The translations under genes and the position numbers were made by a program. A stretch of DNA of 64,000 nucleotides, taken from NCBI GenBank assembly GCA_043228905.1, contig JBHGNT010000006.1, positions 12,648,001 to 12,712,000 on the forward strand. Reading direction: 5' to 3'. Under the pieces are notes generated by a model. The model was not told the origin of the DNA. It searched no databases and saw nothing but the letters and a program-made list of their open reading frames with translations. Of the stretch, positions 42,830 through 57,076 are shown one piece after another; the stretch's first letter is position 1; every line of letters starts with the position of its first letter. The stretch is from Azolla caroliniana (taxonomy: Eukaryota; Plantae; Polypodiophyta).

Positions 42830-45800
42830 TGTCGAGGAATACACGGAATAGTCTCCGGCACCTACCGAAGAGTGAATCACTTTGTACAGTCGAACACAGA
42901 AGAAATGAAGAATGGAGGTAAGTGCACAAACAGAAAGAAAAGAGAATACACAGGATATTAACGTGGAAAACCCTGAGAGGGAAAAACCACGGGAGTCCAC
43001 AGACTCCAAAATATCACTATATCAGAATGATTACAACAGTGAGCTCATGGAAGCAACGACCTCCTGCTCACGATCTTCACCACAGGCGGCGGTTACAACA
43101 GAGGCAACGACCTCTCTATATCTCGAGCTCCCTCTCACTCTCTCTCTCTCTGTACACGGTTGCTCTCTCACAATCGCGACAACGACAATAACAACCTTAT
43201 TTGACTAAGTTTGCCCTAAGTCATATTTATACTAGAATGACTTTTCGGCTATTTACAAATATAGCCCCGATGGACTCTCAGAAACATATTTACGAATATG
43301 TCCCTTCATCCGGTGAGCACTCCTCACCGGGCTTGCATCATCCGGCGCTTGCCGGGAACTTATCACCCGGTTCTCACCGGGTCTTCCGTTTCCGGGTACT
43401 CCTCATCCGGTTCTCACCGGGTCTTCCGTTTCCGGGTACTCCTCATCCGATTCTCACCGGGTCTTCCGTTGCCGGGTACTCCACATCCGGATTCGGCCTC
43501 GGCCTATCGGCCTCGGACGAGTTTGCTCATCAATACTGTTCTTCTCACTTCCCATCCGGAGGGACCTGTTTCCTAACAAACTCCCCCTTCACTCCAGCAT
43601 GGGATGTCTTACTAGTCCGACTCGCTTTCGACATGCATCCAGCTTGTCAGGTGTCAGTACTTTGATGAGTATATCTGACCTGTTCTCGGCCGTGTGGATC
43701 TTTGTTAGCGCGAACTCCTGGTCATCTACTCTTTCCTGAATCCAGTGATACCTACGCTGGATATGCTTCGTCCGGGAATGGTAGGCTGCATTCTTAGCAA
43801 GGTGGATGGCACTTTGACTGTCACAATAGAGCCGGTATTCATCTTGCTGGATACCGAGCTCTCCGATGAAGTCCTTCATCCATAATATTTCCTTGCCGGC
43901 TTCCACAGCCGCCATGTACTCCGCCTCCGTGGTTGACAACGCAACCGTCTTCTGCAGCCTCGACTGCCACGAAACAACTCCCCCTACATATGTCATTACA
44001 TACCCGGATGTAGACTGGCTGGTATCCACATTAGTCGACATGTCCGAATCGGTAAAACCGTCAAGTTGAGGTTTACCTGGGCCGAATCGGAGACACATGT
44101 TCGAAATGCCCTTGAAGTACCGGAGTATCCATTTGACTGCGTTCCAGTGCTCCTTGCCGGGATTGCTCATAAACCGGCTCACCACTCTAACTGCATATCC
44201 TATATCCGGTCGGGTACACACCATTGCGTACATTAAGCTCCTGACATCAGAGGCATATGGAACCTTCATCATATCCGCCTTCTCTGCTTTCTTCTTCAGG
44301 CTTTGCTTACCGGATAACCTGCAGTTTGCCGGAAGTGTCGATCCGACCGGTTTCGCATTTGACATGTTGAACCGTTGAAGAACCTTTGTCACGTACTTCT
44401 CATGTGACAGCCACAATTGCTTCATTGACCGGTTCCGGATAATATGCATCCCCAGCATCTGTCTTGCCGAACCCAAGTCTTTCATTGAGAAGGTCCGGTT
44501 GAGAGCCTTCTTTAGCATTCGTATTTTGGCTTGGTCCTGTTTGACGATCAACATGTCGTCCACGTATAGAAGGAGTATCAGGAAGTCGCCTCCTTCGAAC
44601 TTCTTCACAAACACACAGTGATAGGCCTGCGTCTTGTGGTACCCTTGATCGATTATGAAGGAGTTGAACTTCCGATACCATTGTCTGGAAGCTTGCTTTA
44701 GTCCGTACAAGCTCTTCTTCAACCGCGAAACCAGTTGCTCCTTCCCTTTCGCCACGAATCCTTCCGGTTGTTGCATGTAGATCTCCTCTTCGAGGTCATC
44801 GTGAAGGAATGCCGTCTTCACATCCAGCTGCTCTACCTCGAGGTCCATGCTTGCCGCTATACTCAGCACCGTCCGGATGGAGGTCATCTTTACTACCGGG
44901 GCAAATATCTCGTCGAAGTCCACGCCCTTCTTCTGCTGGAACCCCTTCACCACGATCCTGGCTTTGTATCTCGAGGGGTTGCCGACATCTCCTTTCAACT
45001 TGTACACCCACTTGTTTTGGAGTGCCTGCTTTCCTTTCGGCAACTCCACCAATTTATATGTATGGTTCTCATGCAGGGAATCCATCTCATCCTGCATGGC
45101 ACTTAACTTATTTTCGACTGTGGGTGTCATCCTTCGCTTCTTCGAAGCTTTCTGGCTCCCCCTCATCAGTTAGCAGCACATGCTCTGCATCCGGAAATCT
45201 CCGGGGGGCCCTTCTCTCTCTGAGAGGATATCTCCGTCTTTGGGCTTCGGTAACCGGCTCCTCCATTTGCTCTTCATCCAAAGCCGATTCGGGGTCTTGG
45301 CCGGTTCCGGTTTCAACTTCCTCTACTTCTTCTTCTACCGGTTCGGTATCCTCACCGTAACCGGCTGGTTCCTCGAGTGCTAACCGGTCTCTTGTCGGTT
45401 GGGTTTGCTCATCGTAGAATCGATCCTTACTGGTCGACTCGGAGTTCATTATCTTCTTCTCCGACTCCGAGTCGTCGAGCGTCTTGTCCTCCATGAAGAT
45501 AATATCTCGACTCCGGAATACCTTCTTGTCGACCAGGTCCCACACTCGGTAGCTAGACTCATCGTCGCCGTAACCGAGGAATATGCATGGCCGGGTCTTC
45601 GGATCTAGTTTTCCTCTTCGGTCCTTAGCTACATGCACATACGCAAGACACCCGAATAACTTTAGATGTCGGTAGGACACTTCCTTACCGGTCTAGACTC
45701 TCTGTGGCGTGTCTCCGTCCAAGGGTACTGAGGGTGATCTGTTTATCACATATGTCGCCGTCGACAGTGCCTCACCCCAAAACTTCTTGGATAGTTTTGC

Positions 45801-48327
45801 ATGCACCAGCATACTCCGGACCCTTTCCATTATGGTCCGGTTCATCCTCTCGTCTAACCCGTTTAGTTCCGGCATCTTCGGCACGGTAAAGTCGAACCGG
45901 ATTCCCTTTGAGCGACAATACTCCTCGAACTACCCCCGGTATTGGCCTCCGTTATCTGCTCGAACCGCCTTCAGCTTCCGGCCGGTTTCTCTTTCCACTC
46001 TCGTGTGGAGCTCTTTGAAGACGGATAACACCTGATCCTTCGTCTTCAACGGTGTGGCCCACAGCTTCCGGTTGTGATCATCTATGAACGTCACGAAGTA
46101 CTGAGATCCGGCATGTGACTTCGTGTCCACTTGACATACATCAGTATGTACCAACTCCAGTGGTGCATTACGTCTCATCGGTGGCATCGATCGGAAGGAG
46201 TTCCGGTTTTGTTTACCGGCCAGACAATCAGTGCACTTCTCCAAGTGCATGTTCTTCACTGGAATAAGGTTGCCGTCTGCAAGCCTCTTCATCCCCTTCT
46301 CGCTCATGTGACACTGTCTCTTGTGCCACAGCTCACCGGCAGTGTCGGATGCTACGTTCACTTCTTTCGGGCATAACCGGGCATTCATTAGGTACAACGT
46401 GTTTACCTTCTGGGCCCGAGCCACAATCAGGCTCCCTTTGCTGAACTTCATAACACCGTTCTGGATGCTACCCATGTAGCCTTCATCATCTAGCCGACCG
46501 GCTGATATCAGGTTCAGACGAACCTCCGGAACGTGTCAGACATCCTTCAGCAACAGCTTGCATCCGGTTGGTGTTGTCAACCACACGTCTCCTATGCCGA
46601 CAATTCAGCATGTACCTTCATTCCCCATCCGGACACAACCGTGATCACCGGTTGTGTAGGATGAGAAGTATTTCCGGTTTGTGGTAAGGTGGAACGACGC
46701 TCCGAAGTCGACCACCCAGGTCATCTCGTCGCCGGCAAGGTTTAGCTCACTCTGCTCAGTGATGAGCATCAACTCTTCTTCACTTGCCGCGATTGCCGTC
46801 GTTCCCTTCCGGTCTTTACCATTTCGGTCCGGTGTCCACTTCGAATCGGTACCATCGGTTTCCTTGTTTTTTTGGAAGTGCTGACAGTTCTTCTGGAAGT
46901 GTCCCGGCTTGCCGCAATAGAAGTAGGTAGGCCTCCCCCTTGACTTTGACCGTGTCCCCGACTTCTCCTGGTTTTGGGGACTACGGTTCCTTTTTCTTTC
47001 GCGTTCCGATTCGGTAAGGAGCGTTTTGGAGTCGAAGCTCGTATCCTTATCTTTCCGACGCGCCTCCTCATCTAGCAAGCTCGACTTCACTCTTGCTAGG
47101 GATAACCGTTTCCCTTCTGGCCCGGCGTTGCCCAAAGTGACAACCAACGTCTCCCAGCTATCCGGGAGGGAACCGAGCAGGAGTAGCGCTAGTACCTCAT
47201 CGGCGAGAGGTACTTTCAATGATGTTGCTTGGTGTATCAGCCCCTAGAAGGCATTCATGTGCTCCGCCATGCTGGAGCCATCTTGGTACCGGAGTCTTAC
47301 TAGCTTCCGGAATACTGAAACCTGGTTAACAACATTTTTGTTCTGAAACATAATGCCGATCTTCTCCCAGAGCTCATGAGCCTTGCTCTCTTCATTGAAG
47401 TTCTTGTAAAGGTTCATGTCGATGAAACACCGTATGTACGCCGTTGTCTTCATGTGCATCACCTCCCATATCGTGGCGTCGATTTTGTCCGGTCTCTCGT
47501 CCCCGAACTGAACCGGCAACCAAAGATCTTTAACCACGAGCATGTCCCTCATCTTCGACTTCCACACGGAATAGTTGGAGCCGGTGAGCTTGAACATGCC
47601 TCCCAACGATTCGTCCATTTTCTGTGTCGCTGTATCATTTCGCTTTGATACCACTTTGTCGAGGAATACGCGGAATAGTCTCCGGCACCTACCGAAGAGT
47701 GAATCACTTTGTATAATCAAACACAGAAGAAATGAAGAATGGAGGTAAGTGCACAAACAGAAAGAAAAGAGAATACACAGGTTATTAATGTGGAAAACCC
47801 TGAGAGGGAAAAATCACGGGATTCCACAGACTCCCAACTATCACTATATAAGAATGATTACAACAATGAGCTCATGGAGGCAACGACCTCCTGCTCACGA
47901 TCTTCGCTACAGGCGGCGGTTACAACAAAGGCAATGACCTCTCTATATTTCGAGCTCCCTCTCACTCTCTCTCTCTCTCTGTACACGGTTGCTCTCTCAC
48001 AATCGCGACAATGACAATAACAACCTTATTTGACTAAGTTTGCCCTAAGTCATATTTATACTAGAATGACTTTTCGGCTATTTACAAATATAGCCCCGAT
48101 GGACTCTCAGAAACATATTTACGAATATGTCCCTTCATCCGGTGAGCACTCATCACCGGGCCTGCATCATTCGGCGCTTGCCGGGAACTTATCATCCGGT
48201 TCTCACCGGGTCTTCTGTTGCCGGGTACTCCACATCCGGATTCGGCCTCGGCCTATCGGCCTCGGACGAGTTTGCTTATCAATATTGTTCTTCTCACTTC
48301 CCATCCGGAGGGACCTGTTTCCTAACA
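42830..48327 (-). mobile_element. Full-length Ty1/copia element K with TSD CTACA, inserted in gag of D
   Basis: LTRs 42830-43578 and 47657-48327; TSD CTACA at 42825-42829 and 48328-48332; PBS TGGTATCAAAGC; PPT AGGGGGAG; gag-pol ORF pieces 43589-47618 (LLYVDDML). Confidence 0.96.
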
Positions 48328-51300
48328 CTACACGTCGTCGAGGACCTTTAACAGAAGCTGAAAAGTAGAGATGTTGGGCGAACTGCCTATGTTTATATTG
48401 TGGTGGTCCTGGACATATAGCGATAAGTTGTCCCCATCGAACTAGGCGTCAAGTTTACCAAGTAAGTGCTAGTACTAAATTGGATCTCGATTCTCCAAAT
48501 ACATATGGCAATCCTAATAGCCCTACACCTTCAAATTGTTTTGAAATACTTAGCAAACTAGATGAGGTGTTAAACGAGTAAATCCAGCCAAAATAGGAGC
48601 CATTTGGTTGGATAACCCAGAATTTGTAGAGTCAGTCCATAGTAATGGTTCCATTTCATCAAACCAAGTTAATAGGGTTTTTGTCGCACATGTCGAGCTT
48701 AGTACCTCTATATGTCATCAGGTCTTCGCATATGCTCTCTTAGATTCCGGAGCCAACTCTTGTTTCATGGACCGGAATTTTGCCTTGACACATAATATCT
48801 TATTAAAACCATTGCATTGTCCAGTATCAGTCACAATAATAGATGGTCGACCCATTGCCTCTGGAAATATAGCTGAAGAGTCTGAATCAATTCGTGTAGT
48901 TCTTGGTGATTTAGCTTGTGTCATCTCATTCAACATCATACATAGTCCGGAGCATCCGATTGTCCTTGGTCTACCTTGGTTTGAGCTTCACAACCCCCAC
49001 ATTGACTGGAGAAAACGAGTTATCCTAGAATCCAAGAAAAACCATATATCAGATTTCCGTATTACTTATAACCCAAATTTAGAATGCCATCAGATCTCAA
49101 CAATATCTTTGGAAAACTTACGCAAAGAGGGAGACAAAGAAGAAATGTTTATATTTGCGATAATAACAATGCCAACACCAACTCAACAAAAGTCGAGTAC
49201 CTTTCTTCCAACCAAGTATCAAGAATTCCAAGATGTCTTCAATAAGGACAAAGCTGATAGACTCCCAAAACATCGACCTTATGATTGTCCTATTGATCTT
49301 TAGCCAAGAAAAGATCTACCGTGGGGACCCATTTATAGTTTATCACCTGCAGAGCTCAAGGTTCTTCGCGACTATATCGATGAAAATTTAGCTACTGGAT
49401 TTATTCGTCATTCCAAATCTCCTGCTGGCGCACCAATATTTTTTGTCAAGAAGAAAGATGGATCGCTTCGTTTGGTCGTAGATTATCGAGGATTAAACAA
49501 AATCACTATTCGAAATAGGTATGCCTTGCCTTTAATACCAAAACTTTTGGAGCGGTTGAGTGGAGCCAAATACTTTACAAAGATCGATCTTAGAGGTGCT
49601 TATAATCTAGTTCAAATTCGTCCAGGTGATGAATGGAAAACTGCATTTCACACTCGATATGGGCATTTTGAGTATACAGTTATGCCATTCGGTCTTACAA
49701 ATGCTCTTGCGGTTTTTCAGCATTTGGCCAATGATATTTTCCGAGACTTCTTGGATATATTCACCATCATTTATTTGGATGATATCTTGATATTTTCCAA
49801 GACTCAAGAAGAGCATGATGAGCATGTACGCCAAGTTCTTCAACGATTACAAGAATATGGTCTCTATGCTAAACTCGAGAAATGTAGTTTTGATTGCAAC
49901 CAAGTGGAATTCCTAGGATACATAGTATCACCAGAAGTAATATCTATGGATCCAACAAAGGTGCAAAAAATTCTAGAATGGGAAACACCACAATCTGTGC
50001 GTGATGCCTAGTGTTTCTTGGGATTTGCGAATTTTTATCGCAAATTCATCAGGAACTACTCAAAGAAGGTGTTGCCTCTTACACAATTAACACATAAAAA
50101 CCAACCATTCATATGGAATTCTGGTGCTGCTGAGGCATTCGAAAGCCTAAAACATGCGTTCACATCAGCTCCTATTTTGATCCATGTTGACCAAGACAAG
50201 CCTTTTATTTTGAAAGTTGATGCATCAGATTTGCACTCGGGAGTGTCCTCTCACAACCCAAAGAAAATGGGCTATTATATCCAGTTGCATTTCATTCGCG
50301 AAAATTTGAAGCTGCGGAAATTAATTATGAGATTCATGACAAGGAGCTTTTGGCTATTGTCGACTCTTTTGAGCATTGGCGCCACTTCTTGGAAGGTTCT
50401 CCCCACAAATCATTGTCTATAATGATCACAAGAACCTAACGTATTTCCAAAATGCTCGAGTCTTAAATCGTCGACAGGCACGTTGGGCACAATTTCTTAC
50501 ACGCTTTGATTTCTTGATTGTGTATCACCCCGCAATACACCAGAAAAAAGGTAGATGCGCTATCTTGGCGTTCGTAAATGGCACCCTGTTTAGGGGAACC
50601 TACTTTTGATCATCAAAAGCAGATCCTCCTTGGTCCTGATCGTTTACAAGTGATGGTCACTAATGCTTTTAAGACACCTACGGACTCGATGCTTATAAGT
50701 ATGATTCGTACTGATCCTGAAGCAGATGAATTTGCCCAAGATGTCTTGAATCATATTATTCTAGATTGTGCTTCTTGTTCAAGGTCGATGAATTCTCGTA
50801 AAGATTATAATCAGTTCAGTTGGGATGATAATTTACTTTTTCGAAATAATTTGCTTTATGTCCCTGATGGCCACTCTCGACTCCTTATTTTACAACATTT
50901 CCACGACATGCCAATGGCTGGACATTTTGGAGTTCACAAAACATTGGAATTAGTTTCTAGAAATGATTGGTGGTCGCATCTTCGTAATTATGTTGAAAAC
51001 TACATTCGTAGTTGTGATGCATGTTGTCGGTCCAAGTGTCCTCGACATCGACCATATGGTTTACTCCAACCCTTACTAGTTCTTGATGGTCCTTGGAAGT
51101 CTATATCTATGGATTTCATTACCGATCTTCCATCTTCCAAAGGTTTTGATTCCATCCTAACTGTTGTAGATCGGTTCACGAAGATGGCACATTTTCTACC
51201 ATGCACAAAGACTATTAATAGTCAAGAGATAACAAATTTGGTTATGCGTGAAGTGTTTCGGCATCGTGGTCTTCCTAATGACATCATTAGTGATCGAGGA

Positions 51301-53144
51301 CCACAATTTATCTCAACATTTTGGAAACACTTGTTTAGGCTCCTCCAAATTGATTGTAAACTCTCGTCAAGCTATCACCTAGAGACTGATGGTCAAACCA
51401 AGCGTACCAATCAAACTGTGGAGCACTACCTTCGTTGCTTCATCAATTATCAACAAGATGATTGGGTAGATTATTTACATTTTGCGGAGTTTTCTTACAA
51501 CAATTCAGTTCATTCTTCTACCAAAATTACTCCCTTCTTTGCCAATATGGGTGTTCATCCCCGTTGGACAATTCTTGACCACCCAAGAATCTCGAAAAAC
51601 CCCGCTGTGGAGGATCGCCTACGTCATATCCGAGAAATTCATATTCCTCTTTCTCATCATTTACATCACGCTTAAGCCACCCATAAGAAATTTGCAGATC
51701 GCCATCGACTCAACTCATCATCAGAAAAACCCAAATTTCAAGTTGGAGATCGTGTATGGCTCTTACGACGTAATGTGAAGACCACTAGGCCTTGTAACAA
51801 GCTGGATTATCAACGCCTTGGTCCATATTTAATCACTAAACAGATCAATGGAGTTTCTTTTCAACTCGATCTCCCTCCTCATATGCGTCTTCACCCACTG
51901 TTCCATGTCTCACTCTTGGAACCTTATACTTCAAACTCTATTCCAGATCGCAATGTTCCCTCTTCACCTTCTATTGAGCTTGATGAAGGCCCTGAATATG
52001 AAGTAAAATCCATTTTGGACTCCAAAGTTGTGAAGAAAAAATTGTATTACTTTGTTGATTGGCTGGGTTATACACTTGCGGATCGAACGTGGGAGCCAGT
52101 TGAAAATCTCAATAATACCAAAGAACTGGTAGCTGAATTTCATCAACGATATCCAAATAAGCCAACTCCTAGTTCATGCATTGCGATTCGTGGAACTCGT
52201 CGTCAAAGGAAGGGGATAATGTCATGAACATATACCAAAACTCCAAGACTGGTGATAAGGATTCGAACCCATGACCTTGTCAAAGATAATGTGTAGCTTC
52301 AATCACTAGGATACATCATATTACATTTATTAAATTGTAAATTCTTATATTAGATCATGAAGAAATATATCTAATGTTCCCACCGCATAGGCTAACGCAT
52401 GATTACCAAGTTTCATGCTTGCATGAATGCCAAGTGGCATGCTTGCATGAATGACAAATGGCGAGCATGCGTGCCTATGAGGTGGCGAGCATGCATGTAT
52501 CCAAAGCATGCTATATAAACATATAGCGGACTATTGATGAACCATTCCGGTTCAACGCCAGTCTTCGGCGTACTCTTGTAACCCTTGTTCTCATTGCTAA
52601 TACATTTTCAATATCGTATTTTCTATTTCTCATTCTTTTCTTCATGTTAAACTTGTCTTTGGCTACAACCCTGACAAAGTGTGGTCTGCACACCGTGTCC
52701 TCTTCGCATCGGTCTTTGCTCTGTTGGTCGTGTTCCCTCTACCTCCAAGTGTTCTTTCTACCTGGTTCCCTCTACCCGGTGTGTTTCAAATGCATCCCCT
52801 CTTCAAAGACTTCAACAATGACATTTGGTACTTGTTTTACTATATGTTTTGTATGTTTGATTCTATCTGTTTTTGTCATTTTCTATCTGTTTTTTTACAT
52901 CTGCAACCATAACGATGTTTGGGACATGTTTATTTGTATGTTTGATTCTATCTATTATTATCGTTTAGGGTTTTGTTGTTGTTGTTGTTCTCCCTTGATC
53001 ATTTGAGAGCTTTGTATATGCATATGCTTGAATTTGAGAGTCGGTCAACATGTGTATATGTTAAGTATCAGGAGTTAACATTATGTTTCATATCCGACAT
53101 CTCCTTGAATTGTATATTATTTAATATTGTTTACTATTATTTAC

Positions 53145-56100
53145 TATTGTTGTGCATGTGAGGCGAAGAAGAGACACATGATTCACATGACAAGGAAGAC
53201 ACCCACAAAGAAGAAAATGGTCACCGAAAATGTCATCACACCATGCAAGGAAAGAAAAAGGACCCCCATCAAAGAAAGTAAGATGACCCTCACCAGAGGG
53301 AGGTCGAAGTTTTCAACAACTCAGGGCAAAAAGGTTCACACAAACATCCTCCGAGGTACAAAATTGGGATGGGGTTATTTCCTTCGTGCACGACCTAACA
53401 CTTATGAAGACCTAGACATGTGGATGATGAAAACTTGGGGCTCATCACAACCCGAGACATGGAGAGGTTTCCACCTCAATCAATTGAAGACGGATTATAT
53501 CACTGAACTAAAGTCACGATATGAACAAGTTTATGATACGAAACATATCCTAAACAATGAGGTAGGATTTGTCTTTGCACATGCATTTGCATGTGATCTC
53601 CATGGTGGCATTGAAGTTGATTGGGAAGATTTTGCTCATCATCGATCATCACATTATAGAGGGTCCTCAAGTACCAACACTACCATGAAGTCTACGGATA
53701 CCTCTCATATTGAAATCCCAACTCGGACATCTGTGTTGACTTAACAAATTGCAAAACAGAAAGCCACACTAACAGAAAAACATGAAGAGCGATTGTTGCA
53801 CTGTATAGCGTCCATGCAAACAAAAATGCAAGCACTGCTGGCCGATTTGGAAGAAGTTTCATTTGGTGAGATGGAAACATACGAGTACATACGAATGGAT
53901 TGCATCAACAATCCAAAATTCAGAAAGTGATGTGTTAAAAGAGGAGTTGAAGAAGGAGCTCACAACTATGGGTACTCATTTGGAAGCATAGAAGAAAGAT
54001 CTAGAGACATGGTAGTCTTCTCATAATGAAATTGATGAGCAATTATCAGCCTTAAAGCTGCATTCATAGAATCTAACATGTTTGATGAAGGGTCTAAATG
54101 AAAAAGTTTTAGATACTCTATGTCCAGACGTAGTTGAGCACCCCACTTGCATGGAAAGTACAATTAGAAACATTACTAGATCACGGTAATGGTTTATATT
54201 TCTCCTTTTTGACCTTCTATGGTATAAAATATCATTGGTGCTAATATAGTGTATGTTGTGTCTCTTTATTGAAGGTGTTTATTTTGTGGCCTTGGATTCA
54301 AGCTGAGTCTATGGATGCTATCATTACACCATTCTTGCACACATATCATTTGTTATGTGCTAAGTACCATTTCGAGAAAGAAAATATATGTTTGGATTGT
54401 AAAAGTACAGTTGGAGCCGAATGGTACCTAGCTTGGGGTTTGAAAGTACACTCCTATGGTATGTTATTAAGCATTATGCAATTTTTATACTATAATTTTA
54501 TAATTTTACTTTTGGTTCTGTTCTTATAGTTGGATCCAGGATGATCAGTCGATTTAGTGCAGGTTATTTAGTACTAAAGGTCTTAAATGTTTAGTTGTAT
54601 AACTTGTATTAGTACTAACATTGTTTATTGCATGTCTAGGTGGATCAGTACTATATTTGTGATTTTGGACTCATTTTATAATATGTGTGCTTATTATATG
54701 AATGTTGTAGTTTCTAGCAACACCACACTAGGGAAGGTAATTGACAAACCAGGCCCCACGATACTACGTACAGAGTCTGCTGCAAATTCCAAAGTCCACG
54801 GTCCTTCCTTAGTGGTACCTGATGAAGTTTATGATGAAGATGAATGTATGAGAAAGGCCATTGGAACAGTTGAAGATGTGATGCTTGAAACAAAATCTCC
54901 TAGCTTGGCACACCCTGACTATGTGAATGGTAATGCTAATTGTGTTTGCCTTTCTAATTTCTGAAATGTTGGTATACTAATAATTTATTATGTTTCTATC
55001 AAAGAGCCTACAAAGAAGCGTAATGCTGCAAGGAAATTGTATGGAAAGGGGAAGAAATGCAAAGTTGATTGTTGTGGTGGATAATACAAATTCTCACAAA
55101 CTTGTGGCTGTTGTCATCTTGATGAGTTAGACTAATACTACATACTTTTGTTTTTAGACCAGGAAGAAACGAGTAATGAAAATGGAGATATAGATTCAGA
55201 GCCACAATATGAAGAAGAATTTATCTCACTTCCAGGTACATGTTGGGAGCCGCTCATATAATTGTTATTTTGACCATATTACTTCACGTGACAATAATGT
55301 ACAAGTGTATTAATACATAGAGAGTGTTGTGAAATATTGGCATGATAAAGAGCCCCAACTTAAAACTGGGACCATCCCAAGCAACAATGATGATGTAACA
55401 ATAGGTAAACATTTGTCCCTTAACCTTAAACATTTGGCTAGGTGCCTTCACTTTTTCAATATGTGAATTGATATTGTTTTTCCATCACTTTATTGTTATT
55501 TTGGAGTAGAAGAGCATGTAGATTCACAAATACCATCAGATGATTCAGGCAATTTATGGAGCAATCTTGATTATTCAGGCTCAGAGACTACCACACATGA
55601 GGAATGTGATATCACCCAAAAAGAGGAGCTGGAGTGGACAAAGCATGAGGTGACAAGCAACTTTGCAATGGAGTCTGCAGAGAATGTGAAATTGACCCAA
55701 GGAGAGGATCATGGTTGTACAAAGAATGAGGTGTGTGTCCAAAACACCACAAGCAGCCTTAAACTAGGGCAAGGTTGTATCATTAAGGAGACCCTCGCAA
55801 CTACCCAAGAAGAAGGAGAGTGTGGTACTACAAGTGAGGTGTCTGTCCAAAATACTACAAGTAGCTTGCACTTGGAGCAAGTGTCGAACTTGATCAACGG
55901 GGAGTTTGCAATGAAGAAAAACACCCAAGATGAGGAACATGTTTGTACTCCTAATAATGTGGTAGTGAAGTTGGGAAAATTGAAGGACACGTCCAATGAC
56001 CTCCAGGAGATTTCTGGTAAGACTATCGACTGCGTCTTCTTGGAAGTGTGTGCATCTCAGGCAGTTGCAATAGAGCACTTTGTTCCCTCAAGCTTGGCTT

Positions 56101-56225
56101 CACCCTTTGATGATGAATTGCCACTAAGTAGTTTACTACCTCATGGTTTTAAGATGAAGAAGGGTGTGAAATCTGAGAAGAATGAAACCAAAAATAGGCA
56201 CATTACAAGATCCAGAAAAAACTAA
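53145..56225 (+). pseudogene. Degenerate multi-exon second gene of the DNA transposon: basic N-terminus, RING-H2-like finger, acidic repeat-rich C-terminus
   Basis: ORFs 53127-53744, 54269-54529 and 55650-56225. CLFC (adjacent frame) ... TP(F)LHTYHLLC ... ICLDC spacing fits a RING finger with one lost Cys. Confidence 0.5.
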
Positions 56226-57076
56226 AACCAAAGTTTATTGTATTTTGATCGTTGTATGTAATTGATTACCGAATGTAAAGTTATTGATTATCTGCTTCTT
56301 GACACTAATGGGGTTTACATATCCAAGATGTGAATTGGATGCAAAGTTATTGATAGGAATGCTAAGTCATTGATTACCCTCATCTTGACACAATTTTAAT
56401 TTACTTGTTATGCACACATGTGAAGGTGAGAATGTAAAGTCATGAGTGGAATGTACACTCCTATCTTAGATATGTCTAGGTTAGTAAACACTTAACATAG
56501 TTTAAGTACTAACTTGATATGCATTGTAGCTAATTTACTACTACCTCGTGCCACTCAGTAGTCTACTACCTCCGATGATGAAGTGCCACTCAGTACCTAG
56601 ATAAGTTTATTGTATCTGGGTGGGTGTCTATAATTCATAGGAATGTTAAGTTATTGATTACCCTCATCGTGACATTGTTCTGGTTTATTTGGTATGTACA
56701 CATGTGACACTTAGAAGATGAGCAATGAGTGGAATGAACACTCTTATCTTACATATGCCTACATTAGCAAACTCTTAACACAAATTTAGTACTAACTTGA
56801 TATGCATTCTACTAACTTTGATACATATGAACTACTAAAGAGTTATAGGCACACATATGAACTCCTAACTTTGATACTAACGTAGGCTCAAATACTAGCC
56901 AATGAGATTTTTTACCAAGCACTAGACACTTCATGTAAAAGAAACATACATATCTAAACCAAAGAGGGATATTGTTAGAAAACCCAAGATAAATATGAAA
57001 ACCCAAGATGATATATTTCCTTTCACTTGTATGTCAGAGTTTGAATGAAGTTACATTAGACGCAGCACTTGCCATT

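Larger units (their letters stand above)
41952..52676 (+). mobile_element. Ty3/gypsy chromovirus D with TSD AAGTG; 5' LTR truncated; interrupted by K
   Basis: TSD AAGTG at 41947-41951 and 52677-52681. 5' LTR remnant 41952-~42146; 3' LTR 52220-52676; PPT AGGGGATAA; gag 42170-48581; pol 48575-52227 with many stops; chromodomain EYEVKSILD..YFVDWLGY. Confidence 0.93.
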
